Source of the DNA: Bacteroidota bacterium | GTDB taxonomy: Bacteria; Bacteroidota; Ignavibacteria; Palsa-1295 | NCBI GenBank assembly: GCA_021324685.1 | Contig: JAJPIQ010000032.1 | Location: 2,878 to 66,877, forward strand | Length of the DNA: 64,000 bases | Direction: 5' to 3' | Shown here: one piece after another, positions 41,539-51,256 of the stretch | How positions within the stretch are numbered: position 1 is the stretch's first letter | Layout of the letters: each line of letters opens with the position of its first letter | The notes under the pieces: model-generated | Databases searched by the model: none | The model's input: only the letters and a program-made list of their open reading frames with translations | What the model was told of the DNA's origin: nothing | Translations under genes and position numbers: made by a program

Positions 41539-42105
41539 TTAAAGTCGACCGCCGGGGATGAAGTCTTCTGTCATGAGCGCTTTATGCACCCAGTCGACTC
41601 GGATTTCGTCGTAACCTGCGGGCGGCAGGATGGGGAGATCGGCCTGAAAATTTGCAAGTGTGGGCTCCGTCAGAAGCGTAAGGCCGATGGCGTTCCCCGA
41701 GAAGACAACGGTTCCCGAAACGAAGGAATAGAACGCGGCGTCGTCGGAGGTTACGTCCGCCATTTGATAATACATGGCGGGATCGACGGGGACGGCCGGG
41801 ACCCAGAGACTGTCGCCTACGTTCCTTTGAATCGCCGCGCCGAGAACTTTGACGGTGTTGCTTGGTAGTACGGCTCCATTGCTATACGTAGCGACAGTGA
41901 TAGCCGTACTGCCAATAGCTTCAAGTTCCTCGGGAGGAATCTCGCGTAAGAGCTGACAACTGATTTCATAAAGGAGGAGCTCGACGTCAGCCGGGTCCCA
42001 GTACGGATTGAACTCTTCGTTCTCCGACGGCGTGCTGAACAGTTCGGCTTCGCGCTCGCGCTGCGCGATCGAGTCTTTGAGGTCCGCCCAAGTTACTTGC
42101 GGCAT
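41539..42105 (-). CDS. Head-tail adaptor/ring-like protein 2
   Basis: YWDPADVELLL, LPSNT, LLTEP..ILP. Confidence 0.55.
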   Translation of the reverse strand: MPQVTWADLKDSIAQREREAELFSTPSENEEFNPYWDPADVELLLYEISCQLLREIPPEELEAIGSTAITVATYSNGAVLPSNTVKVLGAAIQRNVGDSLWVPAVPVDPAMYYQMADVTSDDAAFYSFVSGTVVFSGNAIGLTLLTEPTLANFQADLPILPPAGYDEIRVDWVHKALMTEDFIPGGRL

Positions 42106-42696
42106 TTAGGTGAACGAGAGAAGTTTGCGCTGGAACTCTTTATTGAAATAATTCCACCGGTCGACCGCGTCCCGATCTTCCTGCGCCACAAGCTCGCGGC
42201 AGGCGAGCGTTTTAACCAAGTGATAAAAACCATCCGGGAACGGCGTGAGCGTCGCGCCAGAGTTCCCGATCGCCGGCGGGAGGGACCAGTAGACCATCGT
42301 GTCGGCCGACCCGTACGCCAGCCCCCCTTTGACGTAAATGAAGTTCGGGCCGAAGCTACCGCCGCGTGTGCGAAAGGCATCGCCGATGCCGACTGGAACT
42401 TTAGGAACGAACTGATACGGGGAATTCTTATATCCGCAGAGGCAGTACCAATAGTCCGAGGGGACGGCCGTGCCGGCGCCGAGCGAGGCGGTGACGGCAG
42501 CCGTTTTGAGTAGGCGTGCTACAATAACGTCCGGCGTATGTGGCGCGTGGATCATCGCGCGGCACAGATCAGCCTGCGCGACGGTCAGCGCTCGTGCGAT
42601 GCTGGCGTCCGTATAGAAACGGGCGGAGGTGGAGGCCCCCCGCCCGGCATCGTTCAGCAAATATCGCGCGCGGGAAATTAAGTCCGTATCGAGCAC
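42106..42696 (-). CDS. Head-tail adaptor/ring-like protein 1
   Basis: LISRARYLLND..FYTDASIARALTVAQ, VPSDY, FPDGFYHLV. Confidence 0.65.
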   Translation of the reverse strand: MLDTDLISRARYLLNDAGRGASTSARFYTDASIARALTVAQADLCRAMIHAPHTPDVIVARLLKTAAVTASLGAGTAVPSDYWYCLCGYKNSPYQFVPKVPVGIGDAFRTRGGSFGPNFIYVKGGLAYGSADTMVYWSLPPAIGNSGATLTPFPDGFYHLVKTLACRELVAQEDRDAVDRWNYFNKEFQRKLLSFT

Positions 42697-42705
42697 GGCG
42701 CGGAA

Positions 42706-43278
42706 TTATTCTTGCGGGAGGTTGACTTCCGGCATGGCGATCGCGCTCACGCCATCTACCGCGTTAACAGCAAGGAGTGGATTCTCGGAGAGAACTTTTT
42801 TACGGGCCTCGATCTCCGTTCGAGCCGCTCGATCGCGACCCAGGCGAGCCAGGTCCCTTGAATCCTCATTCGTCACTTCGAGCAGGTCGAAGAAGAGGCC
42901 GTAGGAGGGGTCGACGATCAGCGCACGGACGATGTCTTCCGACTTGAAGCCATCGCGTACCGCCTGATTCACGTCGGTCCGACACGGGAGCTTAAAGACA
43001 TAAATCTTCTCCTCGTGCCCGAACATATTGTCTTTCGTGAGGACCGGCTTCGAGAGCGCCACCTGAATACTTCCGCAGTCCGGCGAAGTGGTCTCATCCG
43101 TGATAGTGCGACCCGAAGGGGCCTGGAACGATTCGCGCTTGACGGTGCTGATCGGAACAATGAGCGCCCGCCGAAACGGAAGGTCGTCGTCCTGATCGAA
43201 CTGCGGAGAGGCGAGGGCCGCGGCCTGTTCGCGCGCCGCTTTGGTGACGCGTTTATTGCCGGCTAATTTGCTTGGCAT
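42706..43278 (-). CDS. Hypothetical phage protein
   Basis: 190-aa ORF in operon position after the capsid gene. Confidence 0.65.
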   Translation of the reverse strand: MPSKLAGNKRVTKAAREQAAALASPQFDQDDDLPFRRALIVPISTVKRESFQAPSGRTITDETTSPDCGSIQVALSKPVLTKDNMFGHEEKIYVFKLPCRTDVNQAVRDGFKSEDIVRALIVDPSYGLFFDLLEVTNEDSRDLARLGRDRAARTEIEARKKVLSENPLLAVNAVDGVSAIAMPEVNLPQE

Positions 43279-43302
43279 AGGGTAACTTTTTAGTGTGGGG
43301 AT

Positions 43303-43346
43303 TAAAAAAGAGGGTGGGCCTCCAGGGACGGAGGCCCAGCACCCTC
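43303..43346 (-). terminator. Intrinsic terminator after capsid gene
   Basis: Minus strand TGGGCCTCC/GGAGGCCCA stem with outer GAGGG/CCCTC, then T6. Confidence 0.75.
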
Positions 43347-43358
43347 AGAGCGAAGACC

Positions 43359-44573
43359 TTAGTTGGGGTTCTTCAGGATCGCGTGCGAGGTCGCAAAGCG
43401 AGCTTCGACGCCATAGCGCGAGCTGAGCGCGATCGAGTGACCGGCCTGACGCGGGAGCGAGGTGTCTTTCACCTCCATGAAGTTCGGACCGAACTGGCGG
43501 AGCCAGATGAACTTCGGATCGACGACCAGGATGCCGTGCTTATACGGCGCGACCTCCCAGAACTCCTTCTCGAGCATTACGAGAATCTTGAAGTTCCCGA
43601 AGAGCGTGTACTGGGCGATGTCAATGCCGTAGGCTTGACGGCCCATCTGAAGCACGCGGACCTTGTCCTTTACGAACTGGTTCAAGTCGAGCGCGGCATC
43701 CGGACCGAACAAGCCGATCTTCGTGGAGCTACCCGAATACTTGTTGTTCCAGACGGCCGTGCGAAGGAACGTGTCGAACTTCGACTCCGTAAGGGAACCC
43801 GAGAACGTTTGCACGTTGCCAGGATCGACGGTGTTGATGACGCCACGCGTACCGCGCAGAGTACCAGTAAAGGACCCGTTGACGCTGGCCTGGGTATATC
43901 CAGTCGCAACGAAGTATTGTCCGAAGAGGACGTTGCGCTCCATATCGCAGCGGAACTGCGTGATGGCCGCCTCTTTGTCCATCTGGAACTTATTGCCGTA
44001 GTACGTCGGCGAGTACATCATTTCCTCGGTGATGTCGACCGAATAGGACGTCGAGGTAATGCTGTTGCTCTTGAAGGTCGGGCGCGTACCGCGGGCATCC
44101 GGGTAGTAGCCGCCTTCCACGAGGATGTTCCCACAGGAGACGAGAGTGTAAGGACCCGTGACCGCAGCGATATTGCTTCCCGTCGGGAAAAGCATGAGCG
44201 TCACCGTGGACGTGGTGCTCGTGCGGCTTACGACTGCGTGCGTGACAAAATACTGTCCGCTGGTAGCCTCGAAGAATGCGTCGCCAACGACGACGGTGGG
44301 CGAAGAGACGATGACGTTCTCCGTCGGATTGCCTCCGACGATCGAAGCGGTCACGACGTTCGTGCCGTAGTCATACTGTTGTTCCTGCCACTCGAAGGTC
44401 GTTTGGCTGGTTGGCTTCAGCCGGCCTTTGGTCTGGGACAGGAACGAGGTTAAAGGGGAGGACTCACGATCGTAAGTCGTGACGTCTCGGGCAACTTCAC
44501 GAATGAGGTCGTTGCCACCGAGAGAAAACGTGCCAACCGTCGACACGCTGGGCGTGCCAATAAAATTAGCCAT
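43359..44573 (-). CDS. Major capsid protein (DUF5309/SU10-like)
   Basis: SPLTSFL..FEWQE, DMERNVLFG, RGTRGV; follows scaffold, precedes terminator. Confidence 0.85.
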   Translation of the reverse strand: MANFIGTPSVSTVGTFSLGGNDLIREVARDVTTYDRESSPLTSFLSQTKGRLKPTSQTTFEWQEQQYDYGTNVVTASIVGGNPTENVIVSSPTVVVGDAFFEATSGQYFVTHAVVSRTSTTSTVTLMLFPTGSNIAAVTGPYTLVSCGNILVEGGYYPDARGTRPTFKSNSITSTSYSVDITEEMMYSPTYYGNKFQMDKEAAITQFRCDMERNVLFGQYFVATGYTQASVNGSFTGTLRGTRGVINTVDPGNVQTFSGSLTESKFDTFLRTAVWNNKYSGSSTKIGLFGPDAALDLNQFVKDKVRVLQMGRQAYGIDIAQYTLFGNFKILVMLEKEFWEVAPYKHGILVVDPKFIWLRQFGPNFMEVKDTSLPRQAGHSIALSSRYGVEARFATSHAILKNPN

Positions 44574-44636
44574 AGGTGGTAGCTGGGACTAAGAGAGTTG
44601 AATGGCCGGCGCGGGAGGATGCGCCCGCCAAAGGAA

Positions 44637-45902
44637 CTATTGTGCGGAAGCAAGGAGCTCTCCGATCGCGCCGAAGACACCGTCGTCTTCGTGGACGGCT
44701 TCCGAGGGGACGGCGTTCGTCGCCACGGGGCCAGCGCTGATCGGAGGGTTAGGTGCCACGTCCAACTTAGATTGTGCGAGCGTGGGAATTTCCGGAGCCG
44801 CTTTCTTTGCCGTAAATGCGCTCAAGTCTGCCTTGAGGACGATGAGCGACATATCGTTTTCAGAAATCGGATTTTTCGAGAGCCACTCGCGATCGGTGAC
44901 GTTGACTTTTAAGCCAAGCGCCGAAGCCGTGAGCGCCGCGCCCAACTCCTTCTGTTGCTCGGGGGTGAGCGTAGAGGGATCGAACTTACGCTCGGCAAGA
45001 AGATACGTATGAGCGTTTTTAAGAAGCGCCTCGTTCTTTTGCAGCGTGGCCGTCGCCGAAGCGCTGGCTTCGTTGCGTTTACGAGCCTCTTCCTCTTCGG
45101 CCGCACGTTGCTTTGCAGCTTCTTCTTCGCGTTTCGCGCGATCTGCTTCGATCGCGTCCTGGGCCCCTTTCGCGCTGACGTGGTAGAGGTGTTTCCCATA
45201 CCATACGTCGTACTCGGGGGTGCCTGGGGTGAGGTCGTCGGGCTGGTCTTGTAGATAGTATTCTACGGAGCCCGGTTGTGGCTTGGAGGGGGTGGCCGGT
45301 GTCACAGGGGCCGGGTTCACACCCAGCGCGGCCTGCGCCGCTTGCAGCGCCTTCTGAGGATCGTTCGTGCGGTTGAGCGTAACCAAATACGCGCTCGCAC
45401 CCGGGTCCTTGTCGGCAAGATCGAGCCAGCCTTTCGCCTGCGCGATCGTCTGCTTGTCGGCAGCGACTTTCTCCTTCTCTTTATTTAGTTCACCTACCCG
45501 CTCGTCGTACTTCGCTTTGAGTAGCGTTCCGCCGATGACCTGATGCCACGGGGCGGTCGAGCCGTCGGGAAGTTTTACGAGCTGGTGCGGATCGATCGAG
45601 AGGGCCTGAGCCGCCGTCTCGACTTTATTTCCCTTGTCATCGACAACGGAACCGTCCGTCTGTTGGGTGAGCGTTGTGGTTCCCGCGCCTGCTTCGGGCG
45701 TGGTTTGCGATTTCGTCTCTTCGGCCGTCGCGGATTCATTCGAATTTGTCGCGGGCGTTGGTTCAGATTTCGCTGGCACGTTTGCGTCGGTGCCGGACGC
45801 GGTCTTTGCTTCCGGGGCTGGGAGCTTATCGTCGGTGAAACCACCCGACATGAGCTCGCCTATCGCTTGTCCGGGATCGACCTCTTCAAAAACATTCTCC
45901 AT
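44637..45902 (-). CDS. Capsid scaffolding protein
   Basis: Acidic low-complexity N-terminus, coiled coils; lies between portal and capsid. Confidence 0.7.
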   Translation of the reverse strand: MENVFEEVDPGQAIGELMSGGFTDDKLPAPEAKTASGTDANVPAKSEPTPATNSNESATAEETKSQTTPEAGAGTTTLTQQTDGSVVDDKGNKVETAAQALSIDPHQLVKLPDGSTAPWHQVIGGTLLKAKYDERVGELNKEKEKVAADKQTIAQAKGWLDLADKDPGASAYLVTLNRTNDPQKALQAAQAALGVNPAPVTPATPSKPQPGSVEYYLQDQPDDLTPGTPEYDVWYGKHLYHVSAKGAQDAIEADRAKREEEAAKQRAAEEEEARKRNEASASATATLQKNEALLKNAHTYLLAERKFDPSTLTPEQQKELGAALTASALGLKVNVTDREWLSKNPISENDMSLIVLKADLSAFTAKKAAPEIPTLAQSKLDVAPNPPISAGPVATNAVPSEAVHEDDGVFGAIGELLASAQ

Positions 45903-46078
45903 AAAGGGGACTACGTGTGGGTGTGGGAGCCTTCATCGCTGCGACGTATCCACGCGGGGGCCGCGGTTTCGACGAAGGCGGGTTGGGGTTATATGTAAGA
46001 GCGGCGGAGGAGCGCGACCCCCTCCATAATAAGAGTCCCCACAAACTCTACGTTTACGCGCTTGCGCCGCATAAACTT

Positions 46079-46459
46079 TTAAAGCTCCATCAAGCTATAC
46101 CCAACGCTGTACGTATAGCTGGAGCCATCCACGTGTGTCACTTGAATTTGGAACCGCGGGGGGACAACGCCGGAGGTCGCCTGCTGGACCGATCCCGATG
46201 CACTGCTGCACCCCGGTCCAATTACGTACGCATAGGTGCCGGTTGCCGTGACGGCGGTAGGGAGGGCGTTCAACGCAAACCCGTTACCACTGATGGGATC
46301 GATTCCCAGAATCTGCACTTTCAGGCCGCCGGTTCCGGAGGCCGCAGTGACGTTGAGATAGACGACCATCCCCAGCACCCCGCGAGGATTCGCCTGGGTC
46401 GCGGAGGTCGTCGTTGTCGTGCGGGTAGCGAGCGGAAGGCCGCTTTGTGTGCTAATCAT
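46079..46459 (-). CDS. Small beta-rich virion protein
   Basis: VYLNVTAASGTGGL..YTYSVG. Confidence 0.65.
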   Translation of the reverse strand: MISTQSGLPLATRTTTTTSATQANPRGVLGMVVYLNVTAASGTGGLKVQILGIDPISGNGFALNALPTAVTATGTYAYVIGPGCSSASGSVQQATSGVVPPRFQIQVTHVDGSSYTYSVGYSLMEL

Positions 46460-48814
46460 TTAACTCGAAGTGCGTTTGATGGACCGGTTTGCGTTATCTT
46501 TGGCGGTTGGGACGCCGGTGCTCGACTTACCCTGATGGCCTCCGCCACCACGATCTCGTTCCCACGAAGGAGTGAGGTCGTTCTGATGCTCCTGCGCCAT
46601 ATCGAGAATCTCCTGGCGGAGCATTGCATGAAACGCGTTGTCGGACGCGACGGCAAGCGGTTCGGCTTCGACGCCGGCCGCCTGTAAGAGCGTGGCCTGC
46701 GTCGCGGGGCCTTCGGGGAGTTTTCCAGTCAGCGTAATCGATGGCATATTGCGCGCTGCCAAATCCGCGAGACGGCTCTTCACCATCGCCTGCATGATCT
46801 GGACCTCGAGCTTCTTCATGTCGCGCGACTGCTCGAACTGCTGGATTTGCTGCTCCATCTGGTTTTGCGCCTGGAGCCGCGCGTCCCGATTCTGGATAAT
46901 CTTCGTCTTGTCTTCGAAATCGATGTCGGACAAATCCAAAATGACTTCGGCCGCATCCATCGCGAGGTCGGGAACCTGACCGAGTAACTGCATCAGGCGC
47001 GAAAGGCGTGCGTCACGTTCTGTCGGGCTCGCGACCACTTCGCTGACAATGATGTTGAATTTCATGTCCTCAATGGATTTTACTCCGTAATCGAGGATGG
47101 AATGGAACTCCGGATTACTCGCCTCATCCGTCACCATCATCTGAACCCCTGGGTCCAGGAACTGTGAGTAGTAAAGAATATCCTCTGCGACTTGTTTATT
47201 GAAGCGCCGGAGCGCATCGAAGGCGGGGATATTCGCAAGCGACGCTTGCGATCGTAAAAACTGAGCGTTGCGTCCACTTTGTCCGGCGAAAGCTTCTTGG
47301 CCGATCGCATTGGGCCCTCCGAACTGCTGCTCCATGTCTCCGGAGACGATGCCGAAGAGCGTTTGATGGAGCGTGCCGGGTACAGGCGGCGCTGCGTGGT
47401 GGACTACTTCGCTCAAGTTCTTGCCAGCGGCGCGCGCGCCATTCACGAGCAAGACTTGGTTGGGGAGGGTGAGCGTTGCTTTGAGCTGGTCGTCCGATAT
47501 TTTTTGTGGTACGGCATCCCGGTCGACAAGGGTAAGCCCCTTTACGCCGGACGCCATTTGGTCGATGAACGACAGGATGCGGTTACGCATGCGCTGGTCG
47601 TCCTTGCCATGCTCGAAGTAGCTCGTTACCTCGCCATCGTAAAACTCTGGGATGTAAAATTTATATGGGTATCGATCGACGGTCGAGGTCGTGACGCGGA
47701 GGAGCTGGTCCCCCACGAAGATAAATTGATCGATCACCGGCAGCGCGACCTGACGCGGAGCGCTGATGCGCGGAACCATTCCATAATACTCGACGACGCC
47801 GGACTCGTAGTATTGCCGCATAAGCTTATTCGCTTCGTCGGCGGCCTGGTTCGGGGTGTCGTAGTAGTAGGAGGTGCCGCTGTACCCGTCGCGAATCAGC
47901 CACTTGGTGGCAAAGCGACGGCGATAAAATTCGCGCTTAAAAACAAGGGCGCCGTATGCGCGCTTGATAAAGGGATCGAAATACGTCGAGTAGTTGTCCT
48001 TGCGGCCGGCCGGAGCGTGAATCTTCGGGCGGATCATGGTGTATATGCTCTCGTACCCCGTCGCGCCGGTCAGTTGCCCCGACTGCCCCCAAATCTCGTC
48101 GTGCCATTCGGGGAACTCCGCGGCCAGCGACGCCTTGTCGACGAAGTAGCCGCGCCACAGGTTCGACGTGTTCTGAAGGGAACCGTTCTGCGCGCTGTGG
48201 ATGTCCCACATGAATTCCTGGGGGCGGTGCCGGTGCAGCGTGATTTTCCCAAACGGATCGTACGGGTCGAGACCGACACCGCACACGCCAACGCCGCCGA
48301 TGATACCGTCGCGAAAGATTTCGCTTTCGATCGCGTCCCAGTCGTTTGTCTGGGCGACCCATCGGAGGATATGGTTCATCATATCCGCCTTACCCTCGGC
48401 GAGTTTATTTGCGGGGATCGCTCGCCAGTCGGTGCGCTGGCCCACCTGCTCGCCTAAGAGCGATAGGATGAAGCGCCGCATCACGTTGCTCACGTAAGGC
48501 TTGCGGCCTTGCGCGATAATTGCTTCCCTGTCTTCGCGAGTCCATTGGTGCGAGAGAAAGAAGTCGACGTTCTCCTGATGGACTTCGGCGCGGGCTTCAA
48601 ACCAGAAGCCGTGCAGGACCTCGAAGTTCTGCATTTCGCGGCGGACAGTCGAAGAGAGGTCCTGAGCGAGCCCTTTTAGTTCACTATAGTCCGGACCGCC
48701 ATTAAGGGAAACGAGGCCCGCTTCCTCCGCAAGCGACTGGACCAGCCCCGGTTGAGCCTGGGCGGTCTGAAGGTTAAGCTGCTCTTCTTTTTCGAACGCG
48801 CTAAGAACTTGCAC
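46460..48814 (-). CDS. Portal protein (P22-like)
   Basis: FFLSHQW..GRKP..N, DGIIGGVG, KDDQRMRN, SGR, SPTER. Confidence 0.88.
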   Translation of the reverse strand: MQVLSAFEKEEQLNLQTAQAQPGLVQSLAEEAGLVSLNGGPDYSELKGLAQDLSSTVRREMQNFEVLHGFWFEARAEVHQENVDFFLSHQWTREDREAIIAQGRKPYVSNVMRRFILSLLGEQVGQRTDWRAIPANKLAEGKADMMNHILRWVAQTNDWDAIESEIFRDGIIGGVGVCGVGLDPYDPFGKITLHRHRPQEFMWDIHSAQNGSLQNTSNLWRGYFVDKASLAAEFPEWHDEIWGQSGQLTGATGYESIYTMIRPKIHAPAGRKDNYSTYFDPFIKRAYGALVFKREFYRRRFATKWLIRDGYSGTSYYYDTPNQAADEANKLMRQYYESGVVEYYGMVPRISAPRQVALPVIDQFIFVGDQLLRVTTSTVDRYPYKFYIPEFYDGEVTSYFEHGKDDQRMRNRILSFIDQMASGVKGLTLVDRDAVPQKISDDQLKATLTLPNQVLLVNGARAAGKNLSEVVHHAAPPVPGTLHQTLFGIVSGDMEQQFGGPNAIGQEAFAGQSGRNAQFLRSQASLANIPAFDALRRFNKQVAEDILYYSQFLDPGVQMMVTDEASNPEFHSILDYGVKSIEDMKFNIIVSEVVASPTERDARLSRLMQLLGQVPDLAMDAAEVILDLSDIDFEDKTKIIQNRDARLQAQNQMEQQIQQFEQSRDMKKLEVQIMQAMVKSRLADLAARNMPSITLTGKLPEGPATQATLLQAAGVEAEPLAVASDNAFHAMLRQEILDMAQEHQNDLTPSWERDRGGGGHQGKSSTGVPTAKDNANRSIKRTSS

Positions 48815-48875
48815 GCGGAACGTGGGGAGAGGGACGGGCGCGCGAACGCGTCGCGCGAGAGGGGACCGTCGTTAA

Positions 48876-50075
48876 TTAGTCGCCGAACGGCAGACCGAAG
48901 ATCGTGTGAGCGCCGGGAGTGGGAACCGGGGACTGTGGCGCAGCAGGGGCGGACGGAGAGACGGGCGTAGCTGCCGAAGGGTCCGCATGCGATTTCCAGT
49001 CTTCCATCGGGCTCGATGGGGTACGGGATGGATCGCTGTCGTAAGTCGCGGCCGGACCGTTCCAGTAGTCCTGGAACCGCGTGCCGGCGTTCAAGATCAG
49101 ACCGAGCCGACTATAACCAGCCTTCGTGTTTTCATCGATCGTGGGGTCCGAGAGTCGCCCGTTGATATAGTTACCGTAAAAATCATGGTTCCGAACGTCG
49201 AAGGGGTTATCCACCTTCACGCCACCCAGCATCTGATTCGTAGCGCTCGTGACGTTAGGCCCGAAGCCGCCGTATTGCGCTTGCAGCAGGACCTTGGAGT
49301 GAGCGAGATCGAGGCTCTTGTTTGCCGCGTCGAGCTCCGCCTGCTTAGCTTTAATTGCAGCATCGAGCTCTTTCGCCTTCGCAATATCGCCCTGGTCCAG
49401 CGAAGCGGGGTCGATGGCTTTGCGCTGGGCGCTGAGGTCTTTCAGGTCGGCGGAAAGCCGCCCAGAAGTATTCGCCGCCGACTGATACGCCGCGGCGTCG
49501 TTCAACGCCTCATTAGAAACGTCGTCTCCAACGGCGGGGGGCGCCGTTTTAGTAGCGACCTCAGCCTGCTTCAGCTTGTACTCCGCGGCCGCATTCTGTC
49601 CGCCCCACGCCTCGGAAAGCTGGGTTCCCGTATGCGCGCTCTGAGCCGCAGGCGTTAATTTTGGAACGAACGAAAGGGCTGTGAGATTCGGGGCGGCCGC
49701 ATTCGGGTTCCCCATTTCGTCCCCGATGTAGTTGAGCAGGATCGACGCGCGTTCGCGGTCGGCCGGATCGGCGTCCTGATTCAGTGCCGTTTCTTTCAGC
49801 GGCGCAGCGGCGAGCTGGAGCGCTTTGACCGTATCTTCGCGCTGACTTTTGATGTCTTCGTGCGCGAGCGTTAACTTTTTAAGCGCGTCCTCGTGCTCTT
49901 GTTTCGCCTGCTCGAGCGTCCGCTTGTTGGCGAGCGCGTTCGCCTGCTCCGACTCCTCTACTTCGTTGTCGGCCTCTTTTTGAGCCGCCGCCGCACCCAG
50001 CCTAAAAGAGGAAAGAAACGCGTTGGCATTTGCTTCACGCTGGGCGTCGTCCGTTTTAAACGTAAGAAAGGACAT
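48876..50075 (-). CDS. Ala/Gln-rich helical protein, possible internal virion protein
   Basis: 399 aa, coiled-coil composition. Confidence 0.6.
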   Translation of the reverse strand: MSFLTFKTDDAQREANANAFLSSFRLGAAAAQKEADNEVEESEQANALANKRTLEQAKQEHEDALKKLTLAHEDIKSQREDTVKALQLAAAPLKETALNQDADPADRERASILLNYIGDEMGNPNAAAPNLTALSFVPKLTPAAQSAHTGTQLSEAWGGQNAAAEYKLKQAEVATKTAPPAVGDDVSNEALNDAAAYQSAANTSGRLSADLKDLSAQRKAIDPASLDQGDIAKAKELDAAIKAKQAELDAANKSLDLAHSKVLLQAQYGGFGPNVTSATNQMLGGVKVDNPFDVRNHDFYGNYINGRLSDPTIDENTKAGYSRLGLILNAGTRFQDYWNGPAATYDSDPSRTPSSPMEDWKSHADPSAATPVSPSAPAAPQSPVPTPGAHTIFGLPFGD

Positions 50076-50140
50076 GCAGGGAAGAGAAGGACGGGAGGGA
50101 AAATTGGAAGCAGACTATCGGCGGTCTGCCAGCGCACTCG

Positions 50141-50213
50141 TAACGGGGACGGGATTCGAACCCGTGACCTTCGGCTTATGAGGCCGACGAGCTGGCCGCT
50201 GCTCTACCCCGCA
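50141..50213 (-). tRNA. tRNA-Met(CAT), initiator-like
   Basis: TGCGGGG-TA-GAGC-AGCGGCCA-GCTC-G-TCGGC-CTCATAA-GCCGA-AGGTC-ACGGG-TTCGAAT-CCCGT-CCCCGTT-A; no encoded CCA. Confidence 0.9.
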
Positions 50214-50214
50214 A

Positions 50215-50254
50215 TAAAAAAAGCCCACAAAACTCTCTGCGAATTTTGTGGGCT
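50215..50254 (-). terminator. Terminator-like hairpin just upstream of tRNA-Met
   Basis: AGCCCACAAAA/TTTTGTGGGCT stem followed by a T run on the minus strand. Confidence 0.55.
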
Positions 50255-50327
50255 CGAAGAGTCGCGGGTCTGGCCCGCTATCTCTTGCTTAAATAATACA
50301 ACGGCGAATGTTTAAAAATAGTTCGCC

Positions 50328-50585
50328 TCAGTGGTCGCCGATGCTATGCTCGCGAGCGGCGCGATCGATGTTCGCTTTTACTTCGGCAGCCTTGTCGCCG
50401 AGCGCCGCGCGGTTCTTCGGCATTCCGATGTACGACTCGGCGGCGCGGATATGTTCATCCGTATCGATCGGATATTTATGGTCTGCCGGGTCCGCGAACT
50501 TTACGTCGCCATATTTCTTCTCACCTTCATCGGCGCCGTCGTGCCCATGAAGGTCGTGAATCGTGTAACCTTGTTTAGCCGCCAT
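50328..50585 (-). CDS. DUF6582-like small phage protein
   Basis: KYGDVKFADP..KYPIDTDEHIRAAESYI. Confidence 0.7.
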   Translation of the reverse strand: MAAKQGYTIHDLHGHDGADEGEKKYGDVKFADPADHKYPIDTDEHIRAAESYIGMPKNRAALGDKAAEVKANIDRAAREHSIGDH

Positions 50586-51047
50586 TTATGACGCTGCGGG
50601 TGTATCGGTGGGAGCAACGGATAGATCGGCCGGGGGAGCGGGCTCGGAGGGGGCCGAGTTCTCAGCCGGAGCCGGTGCGTCGCTCGATGGCGCGGGGAGA
50701 TCGGCAGGCGGCGACGCAGGTTCTGCCGGCGAACTCGTCGGATCGCTTGCCGGAGCCGGAGCGACATCGTCGTTCGTCCATTCGGCGATCACGCGCGTAT
50801 TCGAGACTTTCACCATCGTGTTCGTGTCCGTGTCGAGCACTCGTTCCTCGTACTCCTCTACGAGCTGGGCGGACGCCTGTTCGGCTAAACTCAAAAAGTG
50901 CTTGACGGATTTTTCACCCGTCACCGGGTCCGGGACAACAGTTCCCTTCACCATCGCGTCGAACTCGTGGGAGGCGATGACGGAGTTAAGAGGGTTATAG
51001 GTCTGCGACTCGGTCGCGCCGAGCGGGGTGTGGACAATGTAGATCAT
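50586..51047 (-). CDS. Hypothetical protein with Pro/Ala-rich tail
   Basis: Abuts both neighbouring genes. Confidence 0.6.
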   Translation of the reverse strand: MIYIVHTPLGATESQTYNPLNSVIASHEFDAMVKGTVVPDPVTGEKSVKHFLSLAEQASAQLVEEYEERVLDTDTNTMVKVSNTRVIAEWTNDDVAPAPASDPTSSPAEPASPPADLPAPSSDAPAPAENSAPSEPAPPADLSVAPTDTPAAS

Positions 51048-51256
51048 TCTGGGTCTTGCTTGTTGATAGTGACGCCTTTCTTATTGGCTTTGAGGACGTA
51101 GCGTTTCGTCGTCCCCAGATCGCCCTGCGTCGTATGTGTGATAGCTATTTCTGTGGCGTCTTCGAAAATATATTCGTGACGCCCGATCCTGAGCCGCACC
51201 TGCGCTAAGCGTTTAAACGGCCCATATCGATGCTCGTCCGTAGACAGTCTGCTCAT
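51044..51256 (-). CDS. Hypothetical protein
   Basis: 70 aa; ATGA overlap with the next gene. Confidence 0.5.
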   Translation of the reverse strand: MSRLSTDEHRYGPFKRLAQVRLRIGRHEYIFEDATEIAITHTTQGDLGTTKRYVLKANKKGVTINKQDPE

